A stretch of DNA of 52,064 nucleotides from Octopus bimaculoides (Eukaryota). This document shows positions 11,535 to 23,649 of the stretch, in pieces. The stretch is taken from NCBI RefSeq assembly GCF_001194135.2, contig NC_068983.1, forward strand, positions 143,619,958 to 143,672,021, read 5' to 3'. The notes below the pieces were generated by a model. It made no database searches and was not told the DNA's origin. It saw nothing but the letters and a program-made list of their open reading frames with translations. The position numbers and the translations under genes are program-made. Numbering within the stretch: the first letter of the stretch is position 1; each line of letters begins with the position of its first letter.

Positions 11535-13072
11535 CATCATCATCATTTAATGTTCATTCTCCATGCTGGCATGGGTTAGATGGCTTGATTGGAGCTGATA
11601 AGCCAAAGAGCTGCACCAGGTTCCAGTCTAATTTGGCATGGTTCCTATGGCTGGATGCCCTTCCTAATGCCAACCACTCCAGGAGTGTAATCGGTGATTT
11701 TACATGACACTGGCAACAACTATGACTACATTCATGGGTCCTATTTACATGGCACCGGCAATGACCACAACTATGATTCACAAGTGCCATGTAAATGGCA
11801 TCATCAACATCCAGAACTACGTTTCACAGGTGTCATTTACATGACACCGTCAACAACCATGACTATGATTATAATTCACAGGTGACATTTCAAGGCACCA
11901 GCTCCAATTTCATGGGTATCGTTTACATGGCACCAGCAATGGCCACGACTCCAACTTGACAAATGTCATTTACATGCCGCCAGCAAAGCCACAACTACGA
12001 TTTCACTTGGACTGAAAAGTATTTGCACACACAGCATATTGCCAGAGGTCTCGGTCATTTGCCATCACCTCCATGAGGCCCAACATTTAAGGATCATGCT
12101 TTACCGCCTCGTCCCATATCTTCCTGGGTCTACCTCTTCCACAGGTTCCCTCCACAGTTAGAGATTTGCACTTTTTCACACAGCTGTCCTTGTCCATACG
12201 CATCATATGACCATACCAGTGCAGTCTTCTCTCTTGCACACTACATCTGATGGCTCTTATCCCCAACTTTTTTTTCAAGATGCTAACACTCTGCTGTACA
12301 TGCACACTGTTATTGCACATCCAGTGAAGCATACTGGCTTCAATTCAATCAAGCCTACACATGTCTTTGGTAGTATCAGCCCATGTTTCACTGCCATGTA
12401 GCACAGCTGTTCACACACAGGCATCATACAGTCTGCCTTTCATTCTGAAGAAAGGGCCTTTGTTACCAACAGAGGTAGGAGCTCTCTGAACTTTGTCCAG
12501 TCTATTCTTATTCTAGCAGCCACTCTCTCAGAGTATCCTCCTCCACTACTGACTTGGTCACCTAAATAATGGAAGCTATCAACTTCTTCTAGCTTACCCT
12601 ACTGGCATTGGATGGAGTCTATTTTCTGTACATTTGTAGTGTTTATTGTACCTGTGCACCTTCTACACACAAAAACTATTTTCCCTGTCAAGCTCCCCCT
12701 GATATCGTTGCACATCTTATGTGTCCATAGCTTCCACTGGGTATATCTTATGGAGTTTCTACCTACACCTTTTCTACAGATTGAGCAGGGCCATCTACTT
12801 GAAGGGACTTGTGATTTGTCCTCTTTCCTACTTACTAAGACTTTGGTTTTTGCTAGAGTAACTCAAAGGCCCTTTGATTCTAGACCTTGCATCCACATGT
12901 GAAATTTCTTCTCTACTTCTGGAAGTGATTCAGCTATGAGAACAAGGTCAGCAGTATAGAGGATCTCCCAGAGGCAGCCTATCTTAAATTCTTGTGTTAT
13001 TGCCTGGAAGACTATGATGAACAGGAGGGGGCTGAAGACTAATCCTTGGTGAGCCCCTACTGGATGTAAAAA
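11535..13072 (-). mobile_element. 5'-truncated RTE-clade LINE with RT C-terminus, PHD-like Cys/His finger, 3' UTR tandem units and (gat)n tail
   Basis: VGAHQGLVFSPLLFIIV, EILYTADLVLIAES, RWPCSICRKGVGRNSI, ERRLHWYGHMMRM, RGRPRKIWDEAVKHD. Confidence 0.92.
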
Positions 13073-13609
13073 AATCTAACTCAACAAATTCTGTCTGACT
13101 CTTGCAAGCATGGAAAAGTAAACATATATAGATGATGAGAAAAAACTATGATGATAGATATATATGAATATATATATCTATCATGTGTGAGCTCACACAC
13201 ACACAAACATCTCTTTATCCATAACCTTATTCTGTTTTACCTGGGGATTCTTCTATGTGATCCCTAATGTTATGGATAAAAATCTACCGACATTCAGACA
13301 TCTTACTTTGAGTTCTTTATTCTTAATGGCCTGACCATTTTTCTATGAACTAGCCAGCCCCAGGCATGTTTGTGTGTGTGTAAAACATCATGTAGAAGAG
13401 AAGTGAGATATCAGGTATATTTAGTAAGAGAAGAGACAGAAAAAAATGTTTCCACATGTTCACCAACATCAGGATCAGAGGCAATGCTGCTCAGCATCTC
13501 TAAACACGTACTAGAAAGAGTGAATATTCATTAGGGCAAATTGAATATGGAATGATAACAGTGCATTTGTTCTCAATGATACTGAAAAGAAAGGGGCATG
13601 GAATTGCTA

Positions 13610-14420
13610 CAGTGAGATGTTGTTCAATGTGGAGAATGCATAGGAGAGAATCTAATCCAAGAAAACCTAACAGAGGTATCAACCATTAAAGTTGATGACA
13701 GTATGAGAGCTGAAGTGGTTAAGGATATAAAGGCAAAGAGAGCAGCTGATCTATTGGAGACAGCTGCTGAAATGTTTAAAATATCTGGTGAAGTAGGGTA
13801 TAGGCTAGTCACTTGAATAGTTTATTAGATAATATAGGAAAGTGTTGCACCCAAAGACTGGCAAAGAAACAACAATACTAAACCATTATAGAGACAAAGG
13901 TGATGCACTAAAGAAAGCAGACTACAGAGGCATCAAAATTTGGATCAAGTTATGAAAGTTATAGTAAGAGTTATTCTAAAATTTATTAGAAATAGAATTA
14001 ACCTGAATAAGATACAGTTTGGTTTTGTGCTAGTAAAAGGTACAACTGATTCCATCTTCCCAGTGAAACATCCGAAAAAGTACCTGGCTAGGAGCATGCT
14101 TTTGTACTCAGCATTTGTTGACCTAGAGAAGGCCTTTGTCAGAGTCCTTTGCGCCATCGACTGGAAGTCATGAAAGAAACTTGGAGTTGATAATATGTTA
14201 TGAGGGTTTGTAGAAGCCATGTACAGAGATGCAATGAATTTAGCATGCAGACAGTATTCTTAGGCCATAACAGAGGAGTGTAAGGCTAACAGAAACCTCC
14301 CTGTGCTGATGAGCTTGTTCTTATTTCAAAATCAGTGAAAGAATTGAAGACATGAAAACAAAACATGGAAATGAATGGTCTTTAAAGTAAATTTAGCAAA
14401 AAATTAAAGTTCTGCTCAGT
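13610..14420 (+). mobile_element. Internal RT fragment of an RTE-clade LINE (decayed)
   Basis: DYRGIK, QFGFVLVKGTTDSIF, LYSAFVDLEKAFVRV, ADELVLISKS. Confidence 0.88.
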
Positions 14421-14639
14421 AGAAAAGAAGTGAAGTAATTGTTTATAAAAAGTTCAGGAAGCTTTTATTTTTATTAGTTTCATCATCATCATTTAATGGC
14501 AGTTTTCCATGCTGGCATGGGTTGGACAGTTTGACAGGTGCTGGCCAGCTGGAGGGCTGCACGAGGCCACAGTCATCTGTTTTGGCGTGGTTTGTATGGT
14601 TGGATGTCCCTCATGTACATCAACAAAGATTCCAATCCT

Positions 14640-15235
14640 ACCTGTGGTTTTCTAAACCTAAATCAAAAGTATTGGAAGAGGAATCTCTAACTTGTTAAAT
14701 AAATTTTGCAGAAAATCATCTAGTTCAATCAATCCTTCTCATTAAAAATGCAATCCAACATAGTTAAACATTTCTTAGGTGTAAAGAACAATTATTTTCC
14801 ACTCAACCTTTGTTATAAGAAATTATTTAATAGAAATAATTTGAAACTAAGCTATAGTCATACATCATACATAAAAAATATAATTATAAAAAAACAATCC
14901 AAACCAGTTGAAACAAAGATTCATGTTCTCTCTATCAGTTATGCAATATGGAAACAATTATCAATGATGCCAAGGCCATCTTCACAAAACAAAACTTAGA
15001 TACTGAAAACTAACGTTATACTGGCATGACAGATGGTAAATTCAAATACTGCTATTTGAATTACACCTCTTCATCCAGAAATATAATGAACTAAATTCTT
15101 CAACTATATTTAGAAATTGAAAATATATTGAACTAAATTAAACCTCAACTGAGAAATTCTTAAATAGTATGTCATACTCAAGCAGTACAAAACTCTAAAA
15201 TTTATACCGTTCTCAAAAGAATTTCATTCTTATGA
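14640..15235 (+). mobile_element. Decayed Penelope-like element, linker plus GIY-YIG endonuclease region
   Basis: LWFSKP..IGRGISNLLNK, KLFNRNNLKLSYS, YTGMTDGKFKYCYLNYTSSSRN resemble the PLE consensus IWFNPP, KIFNRNTVKxSYS, YIGxTEGxFKxRYxNHxSSFR. Confidence 0.75.
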
Positions 15236-15329
15236 ATCTCAACAAATGCAGATATTTTTGGATATTCCTTTTAGCTTCCAAGAAAAACACAAGATCACCA
15301 GATTAAGCCATTTAACACACTCCACTAAT

Positions 15330-15500
15330 TGTAAAGACTTACAGAAACACAGTTTATTTAAACTTTTTAGGACTTGACAAAATTTCAAACTGAAGTATCT
15401 AATTTATGGGAGTTAAGTGACATTAAAGAAACAAAGTGTTATGCTCCCTTTTGAAGTAGTTTCAAGGAAATGTACTAAGAAAAAGAGAATATATATTTAA
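15330..15500 (+). mobile_element. Possible second Penelope-like GIY-YIG C-terminal fragment
   Basis: TEVSNLWELSD...IKETKCYAPFEVVSRKC resembles TELSKYIWELK...KCxLC; short and very degenerate. Confidence 0.35.
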
Positions 15501-16759
15501 GTACAAAGTAAACCTGTCTACTTTTTTATTACACTACCTGAAAATAACAAAGGCAAGTGAGACATGGTGAGCATATTTACTTACAACTTTTTCTTCCTTT
15601 AATAAAATATAAACCAAATGATCATTTGGCTGGAATTATGCCACAAAAGTGTTGGCGAAGGGAGATAAGCAAGTACACAAGCCTTTTAAAACTAAATAAA
15701 CATTTTTAAGACTGCTTTTCTTCTTATATTTTTCTAAAATTTTAACTCTGATGTAGTGTAATGAAAAATGTATGAATATGTTATGTGAGTAATTATGTCC
15801 ATTTTGCTGAATATTTAGTCTTCCAAGCTTTTGTTGTTCTGACTTTTACGGCATTTAATATTCAACCTTTTCATGTTCATCCTTCTTTTGTTTGGCTTTA
15901 TGACCCAAACTGTTATAGGAGAAGTCTGAACACCCCACGTGACTGAAGGTGAACTAACCGATTACAATAAATAAGAACTGAGTGAACTGTCAGGTAGGGA
16001 GTTGATGGAGTCAGTTCAACTGTGTTGGTTTACCATGTTAGTCTGACATGTATTGGTTTAACAATCTGTAGTTGAACAGTATCGTACCTACCCTCGAGTA
16101 GTACAAAGTGCGTTCTGTGTTAACATATATTTCTGTAATAGGTTACTTTTAGATAACCACAACCAACTATTTATTTGTGTAATACCATATACACCAGACA
16201 TGTATACCCACTTCATAACACAAACCCATATAATATGTATGTTTTTGCTACAAACAAAAGCTTACTCCATTATGCTGTGAAGTTTATATTTATTCAGAGT
16301 TAATCAATGATTCACTTTGTTTTATATAACTTGTACTCAGTCAGGCAACACTGAGATGAATGGTTTGTGTTGACAAAACACTGGAATAGCTGATTCTCAT
16401 TGACCTGGCTGCAAACATGTATCACACGTTTGCAGATTATATTGTAGCTGTTAATTTGTTCTTCTGTTATATAGGGAAGAACACTCAGGTTTGACTGCGC
16501 ATATCAAGGGTGACTATCCTGCATTGATTTGGACATGTAGATTTTGATGCATATGCAAATCTAGAAACTTCTCCAGACAGATGGAATTTTTCCAAAAGAA
16601 ATTGTAGACAATGGTAGTAGATAATATCTCAGATCTTTTGTTTAATAATATCACTGATTATTTCAGGATTTAGAATTTCCCAGTCAGTGCCCCCACTACC
16701 AGTGGCTGGTTTATTACACCTGTTAAGATGAATCTTCCAAAACTGACTTTGCAACCTCC

Positions 16760-17275
16760 CTCAATATGCCATTTTTTTCAATCAAACCTAATCTATAATA
16801 GCCAACTCTTTTATAGCATAGGATAGCTCTACCTACAATATTATAAGTTATAGAAACCTGTTCGGTTCCATGGTCCCTTTCTTTGCAAACAAACTGGTTT
16901 AGAATGGTGTAGTTCTTTCCATCAACTGATCTGAATGAATGTATATTTTAATTACATTGATTCTTAAGGGAATTTCTGTTGAGTTCATTATAATTTTTCT
17001 TACTGCTGGTTATATGGTTGCTCTATATATCACTGCTTTAGAGTCTCTAAGTAGACATTTGTGAGGTTACTGTAGTTATAAATTGGATGTAGGGATACTT
17101 TGCTTGATTGGTTATCTAAGGTTATAAAGTGAAATATGAGGAACATATTGTGGTCCAGACCACAATAGCTGACTTTAATATTATTGCTATTAAAAAATTT
17201 ATGATATGTATCCTTAGTTGGAAAGTGGAATCTTATTAGATATAGAAATATCCTGGTTCTGTTGGTAACTACTCA
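16760..17275 (-). mobile_element. Decayed Penelope-like element, opposite strand
   Basis: TNRTRIFLYLIRFHFPTKDTYHKFFNSNNIKVSYC, VIYRATI, YNIVGRA...RLGLIEKNGIL. Confidence 0.72.
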
Positions 17276-18011
17276 ACAATTAACTCAATTGATATCTTAC
17301 TACACAATCAGTTCATTTCAATGCTAACAGAATACTGCAAATGGCAGAAAACTATGAGGAGCTGCTGATTTCTAACACATGCATGTGCATGCGTGCACAC
17401 ACACACACACACACACATGTAAAGATTCTGTGCAGTTGTTCACATGTTGGCATCACCAAGTATAATAGTTATGTGTAGTTGTTTATATGTCATGCTTTGG
17501 TCAAGATATAGACAGATTAAAGTTCGATTCTCAGGTGTCACCAAGTGTGTAATGGTTATGGTTTAATAGTTGAAATGGCCTTTATTTTACTATTACAATA
17601 TAAAAGGCAACTGCTTCTAGTTGTTGTATAAAGATTAGTTGAAGTTCTACTGTACATTTCATAGGTAGTTGAATTTATAATTGACCTCTCTGGATTGATG
17701 AGGAGAGATCGTGAAAGTTGTGAAGTCACTTTGTGACATGCCAGAGGTGCTCCTTTCACCTGGTGAAAGTAGAATTGAATTTGGGTTCTGTATTTATAAT
17801 ATTTTCCTACTTAAATTAGGTCAGGCTAAACAAAGGATTTTTTATGTTATCTCATCTGAACTATATTTAACTAAGGATTTTCAGGAAATACTATAGAACT
17901 GTTGACTCTCATAAATTTCTTAGAGCTAATGCGTAAAACAGTAGGAAGGGACTCGTAGAAAAATCTTGACTGGGTTTCAAATCCTGGCTAAGATTCCAAG
18001 AAGCAATTTGC

Positions 18012-18055
<44 letters not shown>

Positions 18056-18662
18056 NNNNNNNNNNNNNNNNNNNNNNNNNNNNNNNNNNNNNNNNNNNNN
18101 NNNNNNNNNNNNNNNNNNNNNNNNNNNNNNNNNNNNNNNNNNNNNNNNNNNNNNNNNNNNNNNNNNNNNNNNNNNNNNNNNNNNNNNNNNNNNNNNNNNN
18201 NNNNNNNNNNNNNNNNNNNNNNNNNNNNNNNNNNNNNNNNNNNNNNNNNNNNNNNNNNNNNNNNNNNNNNNNNNNNNNNNNNNNNNNNNNNNNNNNNNNN
18301 NNNNNNNNNNNNNNNNNNNNNNNNNNNNNNNNNNNNNNNNNNNNNNNNNNNNNNNNNNNNNNNNNNNNNNNNNNNNNNNNNNNNNNNNNNNNNNNNNNNN
18401 NNNNNNNNNNNNNNNNNNNNNNNNNNNNNNNNNNNNNNNNNNNNNNNNNNNNNNNNNNNNNNNNNNNNNNNNNNNNNNNNNNNNNNNNNNNNNNNNNNNN
18501 NNNNNNNNNNNNNNNNNNNNNNNNNNNNNNNNNNNNNNNNNNNNNNNNNNNNNNNNNNNNNNNNNNNNNNNNNNNNNNNNNNNNNNNNNNNNNNNNNNNN
18601 NNNNNNNNNNNNNNNNNNNNNNNNNNNNNNNNNNNNNNNNNNNNNNNNNNNNNNNNNNNNNN
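18056..18662. other. Assembly gap (607 N) next to a (TA)n microsatellite
   Basis: N run; flanking ASPH exons join contiguously (KQ|VL), so no constitutive coding exon is missing. Confidence 0.99.
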
Positions 18663-18816
18663 AAATATAGGAAAGTGTGTTGTTGAAAATGCACCTAAAT
18701 TTCAAAAACTCGTAAATGTTTAAAATACATTTATTTACATATATACCAAACTAGTTTCAACAATATTTTTGTTTATCAATGGTAAAAGTTCAAAATTAGA
18801 AAAAACATCTTTAAAA

Positions 18817-18888
18817 GTTTCAATATTGACAAATTAAAATGTTTCAATGTTGACAAATTAAAATGTTTCAATGTTGATAAATTAACAT
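18817..18888. repeat. Minisatellite, 3 x 24 bp (gtttcaatgttgacaaattaaaat)
   Basis: Three adjacent units with 1-2 substitutions each. Confidence 0.95.
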
Positions 18889-19505
18889 GTTCAAAACAGA
18901 AGGTGTAAGTTTGAATTTTCATAGCAGTCAATAAAATTAAAACTGTATATCAATTTGTTTGAATGTACAAGTTCATTAATTTTAGTGGTGGTCAACAAGT
19001 CATACTGAAAAAAACAAGTGTGAAATGAAAATTGTAAAAAAATGGGAATTTGGTTTACAGTTTTTCTGATCCTCTTCTAATAGACGCTTTCGCTTGTAGT
19101 GGTATGTTTTGGGATCAGATGAATTCATAATTTTTTCTGCAAGTGGATCTGATTTTTGATTCATTAAAATTCTGGTGACTTTTTTTTCAGTGGTCAAGCT
19201 TGTCATTCTGCTTGGTTGGTTTCCTTGTAGATACAGTTATAAGTCGTTCCGGTTGGTTGGTTCCCTTAAAGGGACATTTCGTTTTATTTGCTGAAGTTCG
19301 GTTTTGATTGGTCTGTAGTTAGGTGGCATCACCAACTGGTGTTTGCTACAATTATTTCATTTGGAGTTTTTATTTTGATGTGAACAATAAACAATTATTT
19401 AAATTGCACTATACATTATATCACTCAGAAGTTCATCAGGCAACCATGTGAGCAAGTGAACCATGACTTGTTGAGTAATCTAAAGGAGTATCAACAAGTG
19501 TTTGC

Positions 19506-19553
<48 letters not shown>

Positions 19554-19731
19554 CCGATAGATAGAGAGAGATGCACATACACACACATATGTATACATAT
19601 ATGTATTTATATGCATATATATATGCATATGTGTGTGTATGTGTGTAAATATAAACATTATATGTGTATATATATAATGTTTATACTAGTTTAGTCAGAA
19701 TATGTCTCATGGGATACAATTATCATTTCAG

Positions 19732-19926
19732 GTATTACAATTTGATGCTGACAATGGCTTTGCCTTGGCTCATTTAGGATTCATTATCAAGGTTAGTGAT
19801 AACAATCCAGCAAAAGCTATTCCATACTTGAAGTCTGGTATTGAAAGTGGAGATAAGAGTGCAGTTGATGCAAGATTCTACTTTCATCTTGGAGATGCCT
19901 ACCAGCGTGTTGGACATCCGAAAAAG
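19732..19926 (+). CDS. ASPH: ASPH coding exon (TPR region)
   Basis: tttcAG|...aaaaag|GTaatt; 195 nt; VLQFDADNGFALAHLGFIIK...AIPYLKSGIESGDKSAVDARFYFHLGDAYQRVG matches ASPH GFAKVHYGFILK...IPYLKEGIESG...GRFYFHLGDAMQRVG. Confidence 0.95.
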
Positions 19927-20439
19927 GTAATTAAAATTTCTTTAATTATGTTTTTTTATTATTTATGAGACTGCAGCTGTGCCCAGGTGAAATGGACACT
20001 ACAATATCTGTAGCTTTATCCTAACTTCAGCATTGTACTGAGTCTATAGTTAAATCATTCAAGTCTGACCAGTTTAGTCTACCTAACTGAAAGTTGTTAC
20101 TTTTTAACTTTGATCAAAGCTTGAGCAGACCCTTAATCAAAGGCATTTCAGCTATCACGTTGCTGACTCGCAGTTTGTTTGGAACAATAAAGTTCTTAAA
20201 TGTATCATCAATGTTTATAAACTTTCATAGTCCCATCTTCAAGATGATGTGATGATAGCAGATATTTCTGCCAGTACATGTATGTATGTTCTTCTCTTTC
20301 TCTTTTAAATTAAGAGTAAATTTTGATTAGCCACCTACTTGGTAGCAAAGTTGTAAATGAAAGCATCTTTAATTATCAGCCTTTAAATCTTAAGAAGGTC
20401 TCGCAGATTTTTATTGTCCTAGATACTTTGATCATTTGT

Positions 20440-20705
20440 AGCATATGAATTGAGGATTTGCATTCTCTCCCCATGTGTTGATATATATCATGTTGCTCCA
20501 ATAATAATAGATATGAAACTGAAAGTGTATCTTAATGTACTGGATTTGCAAACTTCTTATCAATGACTCATAGATGTCCTCTTTCTCTTGTCTTTTTCTA
20601 ACCATGTTGGTGACCTGAAGGCAGCTGATTTCTTTGTGAACCCACACAACAATATCTGGCTGGTTGTGTTTTAACTTGCTGGCTGTTTTAGTTTTAGAGT
20701 TCTAC
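20440..20705 (-). mobile_element. Fragment of a restriction-like-endonuclease (R4/NeSL-type) retrotransposon
   Basis: KLKHNQPDIVVWVHKE...KRQEKEDIYESLIRSLQ and, after a frameshift, FISIIIGA; PD-type RLE signature. Confidence 0.6.
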
Positions 20706-20815
20706 CAATATTCTTTTGACCCATTAATTTCAATATGGTCAACTTTGTGCATGCACATGTGTGTATATAGATTTTATCTGTGTGTATATGTATGTATAAT
20801 ATTTTTTATCTTCAG

Positions 20816-20953
20816 GCTAAAGAAGTTTACGATGATGGAGCTGCCAAAAAACTATTCCTTTCCAGAGACCAGCGTTCTTTATACAATGTTGACAGACTTA
20901 CAGGCAAACCATGGTGGGATCCTGAAGATTTACCTTATCAAAATACAATTGAG
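20816..20953 (+). CDS. ASPH: ASPH coding exon
   Basis: ttcAG|...gag|GTttgt; 138 nt; AKEVYDDGAAKKLFLSRDQRSLYNVDRLTGKPWWDPEDLPYQNTIE contains the ASPH QRSLYNV...PWW motif. Confidence 0.95.
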
Positions 20954-21074
20954 GTTTGTTAATTTTCAATGTGATTTCATTGCTCATCATATTTCAACTT
21001 CCTGAATGATATTCTTAACAGTCACCAGTATTTTCCCAACATACTCCATAATTTTGCTTATACATGTTCATTTG

Positions 21075-21235
21075 GCCTGCTAGAAATTGCAGTAAAATCT
21101 CCCTTAGATCACATCCTACAGTCTTAAAAAATGTAATTCTAGATACATGATGTCTAAAAGGAAGACAGGGTGATTGAGGTTGGAATGTCTTAGACTATAG
21201 GTTTGTAGGACCATTGCTAACTTTGGGCTAATCAG
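21075..21235 (+). mobile_element. Short interspersed repeat, family C (aaatagcagccaaatctccc...cattggataatgtagtcctag)
   Basis: Related copies near 21290-21430, 29130-29280, 44620-44770, 49935-50075, 50120-50270, 51070-51255 (+) and 22622-22820, 31790-31990 (-). Confidence 0.65.
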
Positions 21236-22621
21236 CATCAACCATACCACTACCATCCTCATCGTGTGAGCCATTGAGAAACTATTAGGAAGTCCTCAAC
21301 TACCTAGAAATAATGTCTAAAATCTCCCTCACATCACACAATAAAGAATGATTAGATAATGAATTTCTAGATAAATTACATCTGAAAGAAATAGGATGGT
21401 CACAACCGGAACACTTTTGATTAGAAGTTTGGTGATTAGTAGACTCTGTTAAAGACACTCAAGTAAACATGAAACTAGGTGATGGATTAAATCTACTATC
21501 TGATAACAGATGCAGTCCACCCAAAGAAGTTTGGGAGTTTCTGTTTACTCAATTTTACTCACTGGGATTGGATCAAGTTAAGGCTCTGAAAGATGTGTAT
21601 CCAACAGATTGTGAAATGGGATCAAACCTGATCCTACATGGACATTGGTTAAAAATAAGCATTAGCATTGCTAATTAGGGAACTATCAAGTATGTAAGTT
21701 CATTTTCAGTGTAAGCAAATGTAAGTAAATATGAATATGATATTATTAGATAGCAAACAAAGAGTAAAGTAATATTTTAGAAAAAAAACAAAGGAAGTTA
21801 TGTCAACAGTTCAAAATATTATTCCATCATTATTTATGACATGTTTCAAGAATTGAATTTATGGCACAAATTAACAGGTAGGAATTAAATAGAAAAATTA
21901 GATTTCTCACAACCTATTATATACTTTTCTAATGTTTTTTAACAAAACAAAGACCAGTAAGACCTTGTTAAGTCAATACCCAAACAGATATACCTCTGGA
22001 TTTTTTTCTGAGCTGAGTTCATACTGATATCTGTTTTACAAAACTATTTCTTCATTTTAGATGTGTTGTTAACATAATGTTTTGATTGGTATTTATACTC
22101 AGTTAGCTTCATGTGATTAACTGTGCTAGGTCAGGGATTGAAGCTAGAAAATTTATTGTACCAACTGATTTGAATATTCAAGATTCATACCTTGACCTAG
22201 TTCAGAAATATCACTTGAAGGTGTTTGAAGAGAGAACCAGTTGAAACATCATGTAGACAATATATCCAAAATGAGGAAAATAATACAAAAAAGAAGTCCC
22301 AGTCACATGATGTATGTTTTTGCTTTATGTATTTTTATTTTTTTTTGTTATTCACTATTTTTGGTAAGTTCTATATTTCTGACATCACCATAGTATCAAA
22401 TATAAATAAAGAGTAAATATAATATATTTAGATTTAAATAAATTGTGAAAGTTATCTGTCATACGTCACAAAAATCAATTGGAATGCAATCAAATTTTTA
22501 AACCATGTGAATTTTTAAAATGAATTATTGCCTTTTTCATGTTTTCAATATATTATTATAAAAGTTTTAATATCCTTTAATGCAGGCAATTGGTATAAGA
22601 ATAAAGAATATTAATGTTTTT

Positions 22622-22820
22622 GTTGTTTAGCCTGAAGTCAACTTTGACTAAACAGACTTATGATCAAAAACATTCCATTTGTGTTTGTTCTTTGAATATC
22701 TGCCTTTTGTGTCTTTTGAATATCTGGCATTACATTGTTTAATGTGTTCTTCATTTTAAGATGTTATGGTGTGATTTGATGGAGATTTAGCTGCTATTTC
22801 TAGCCAACTGTAATTCCTCA
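22622..22820 (-). mobile_element. Family C repeat, inverted relative to 21075-21235 in the same ASPH intron
   Basis: gttgtttagcc...gtgatttgatggagatttagctgctatttctagc is the reverse complement of the family core. Confidence 0.65.
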
Positions 22821-23113
22821 GTTCATAAAATATTAATTGTAAGCAGGGCTGTCTATTTTCATATAGATATATACATACTAAGTTTATCTGATGTAGTTAT
22901 TAATAGATATTTACATACCTATATTAATTATATAATAGATACATACATATATTAATTGTACTATTACATAAAAGTACAAAAAAACATAAGAGTAACATAA
23001 TACACTTGTGATATAAATACAGGGCTTAGAAATTTGTTTTTAAAACATTTATTTGTGTATAGTCTAAGTTAAACCATTTATACATTTTTTCTTCAACTTT
23101 TCTATCTTATTAG

Positions 23114-23249
23114 ACTCTCCAAAATAACTGGGAAATGATTCGAGATGAGGTCCTGGAATATTTTGACAGATCTGGTACAGATTTTGTTGATGAAGCAGAG
23201 AACCTTCTAGATAGAGGAATGTGGAGACAGATGACACTCTACCAAAGAG
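23114..23249 (+). CDS. ASPH: ASPH coding exon (start of oxygenase domain)
   Basis: tattAG|...agag|GTaatc; 136 nt; TLQNNWEMIRDEVL...EAENLLDRGMWRQMTLYQRG matches LERNWKLIRDEGL...EDENLREKGDWSQFTLWQQG. Confidence 0.95.
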
Positions 23250-23649
23250 GTAATCTATAGTGATTAATTGGTGGTGGTGTTAATGCAGGAATTTTTAAGT
23301 ACCTTATCTTCTGTTCTTAATTCTTTATAACAATTTAATTAAATTTATATGTATTTCTACAAGATTTAATTTTGTCCTAGGCAGTGGATTGGTAGAATCA
23401 GTAGAGCCTTCCATGAGATGTCTGCTGTATTTAGTTACAACCCTTTGCAACCTCTGTTTTCAAAGTCTAATTTAACACTGGGGTCAATTCTTATAATGCA
23501 TCCTAGATGTGAATGGTGTTGTAATAGGAGAAAATCTTTTCTCTGTGACCCAGAGTTCTGAGATTTGACCTTGCTATTTCTTCCCACAACTTCAGAAGTT
23601 ATAGAGGTTAAGGGTATCTGGTGCATGCAGACTTGATGAGACCCCTTAA

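Noticed and set aside
3147-14315. Other CTGATGA hits (about 3148, 9215, 14305; also about 30745 on minus) as hammerhead cores
   Set aside because: They fall in SINE or LINE coding sequence or lack a downstream GAAA and stems.
15614-15629. Perfect 16-bp palindrome ccaaatgatcatttgg
   Set aside because: A palindrome of this length is expected by chance in 52 kb of AT-rich DNA.
16409-16435. 11/12-bp hairpin ctgcaaacatgt-atc-acacgtttgcag
   Set aside because: Too short to interpret alone; no supporting context.
17909-18705. Long ORFs of 230-261 aa
   Set aside because: Artefacts of translating through the N gap and (TA)n.
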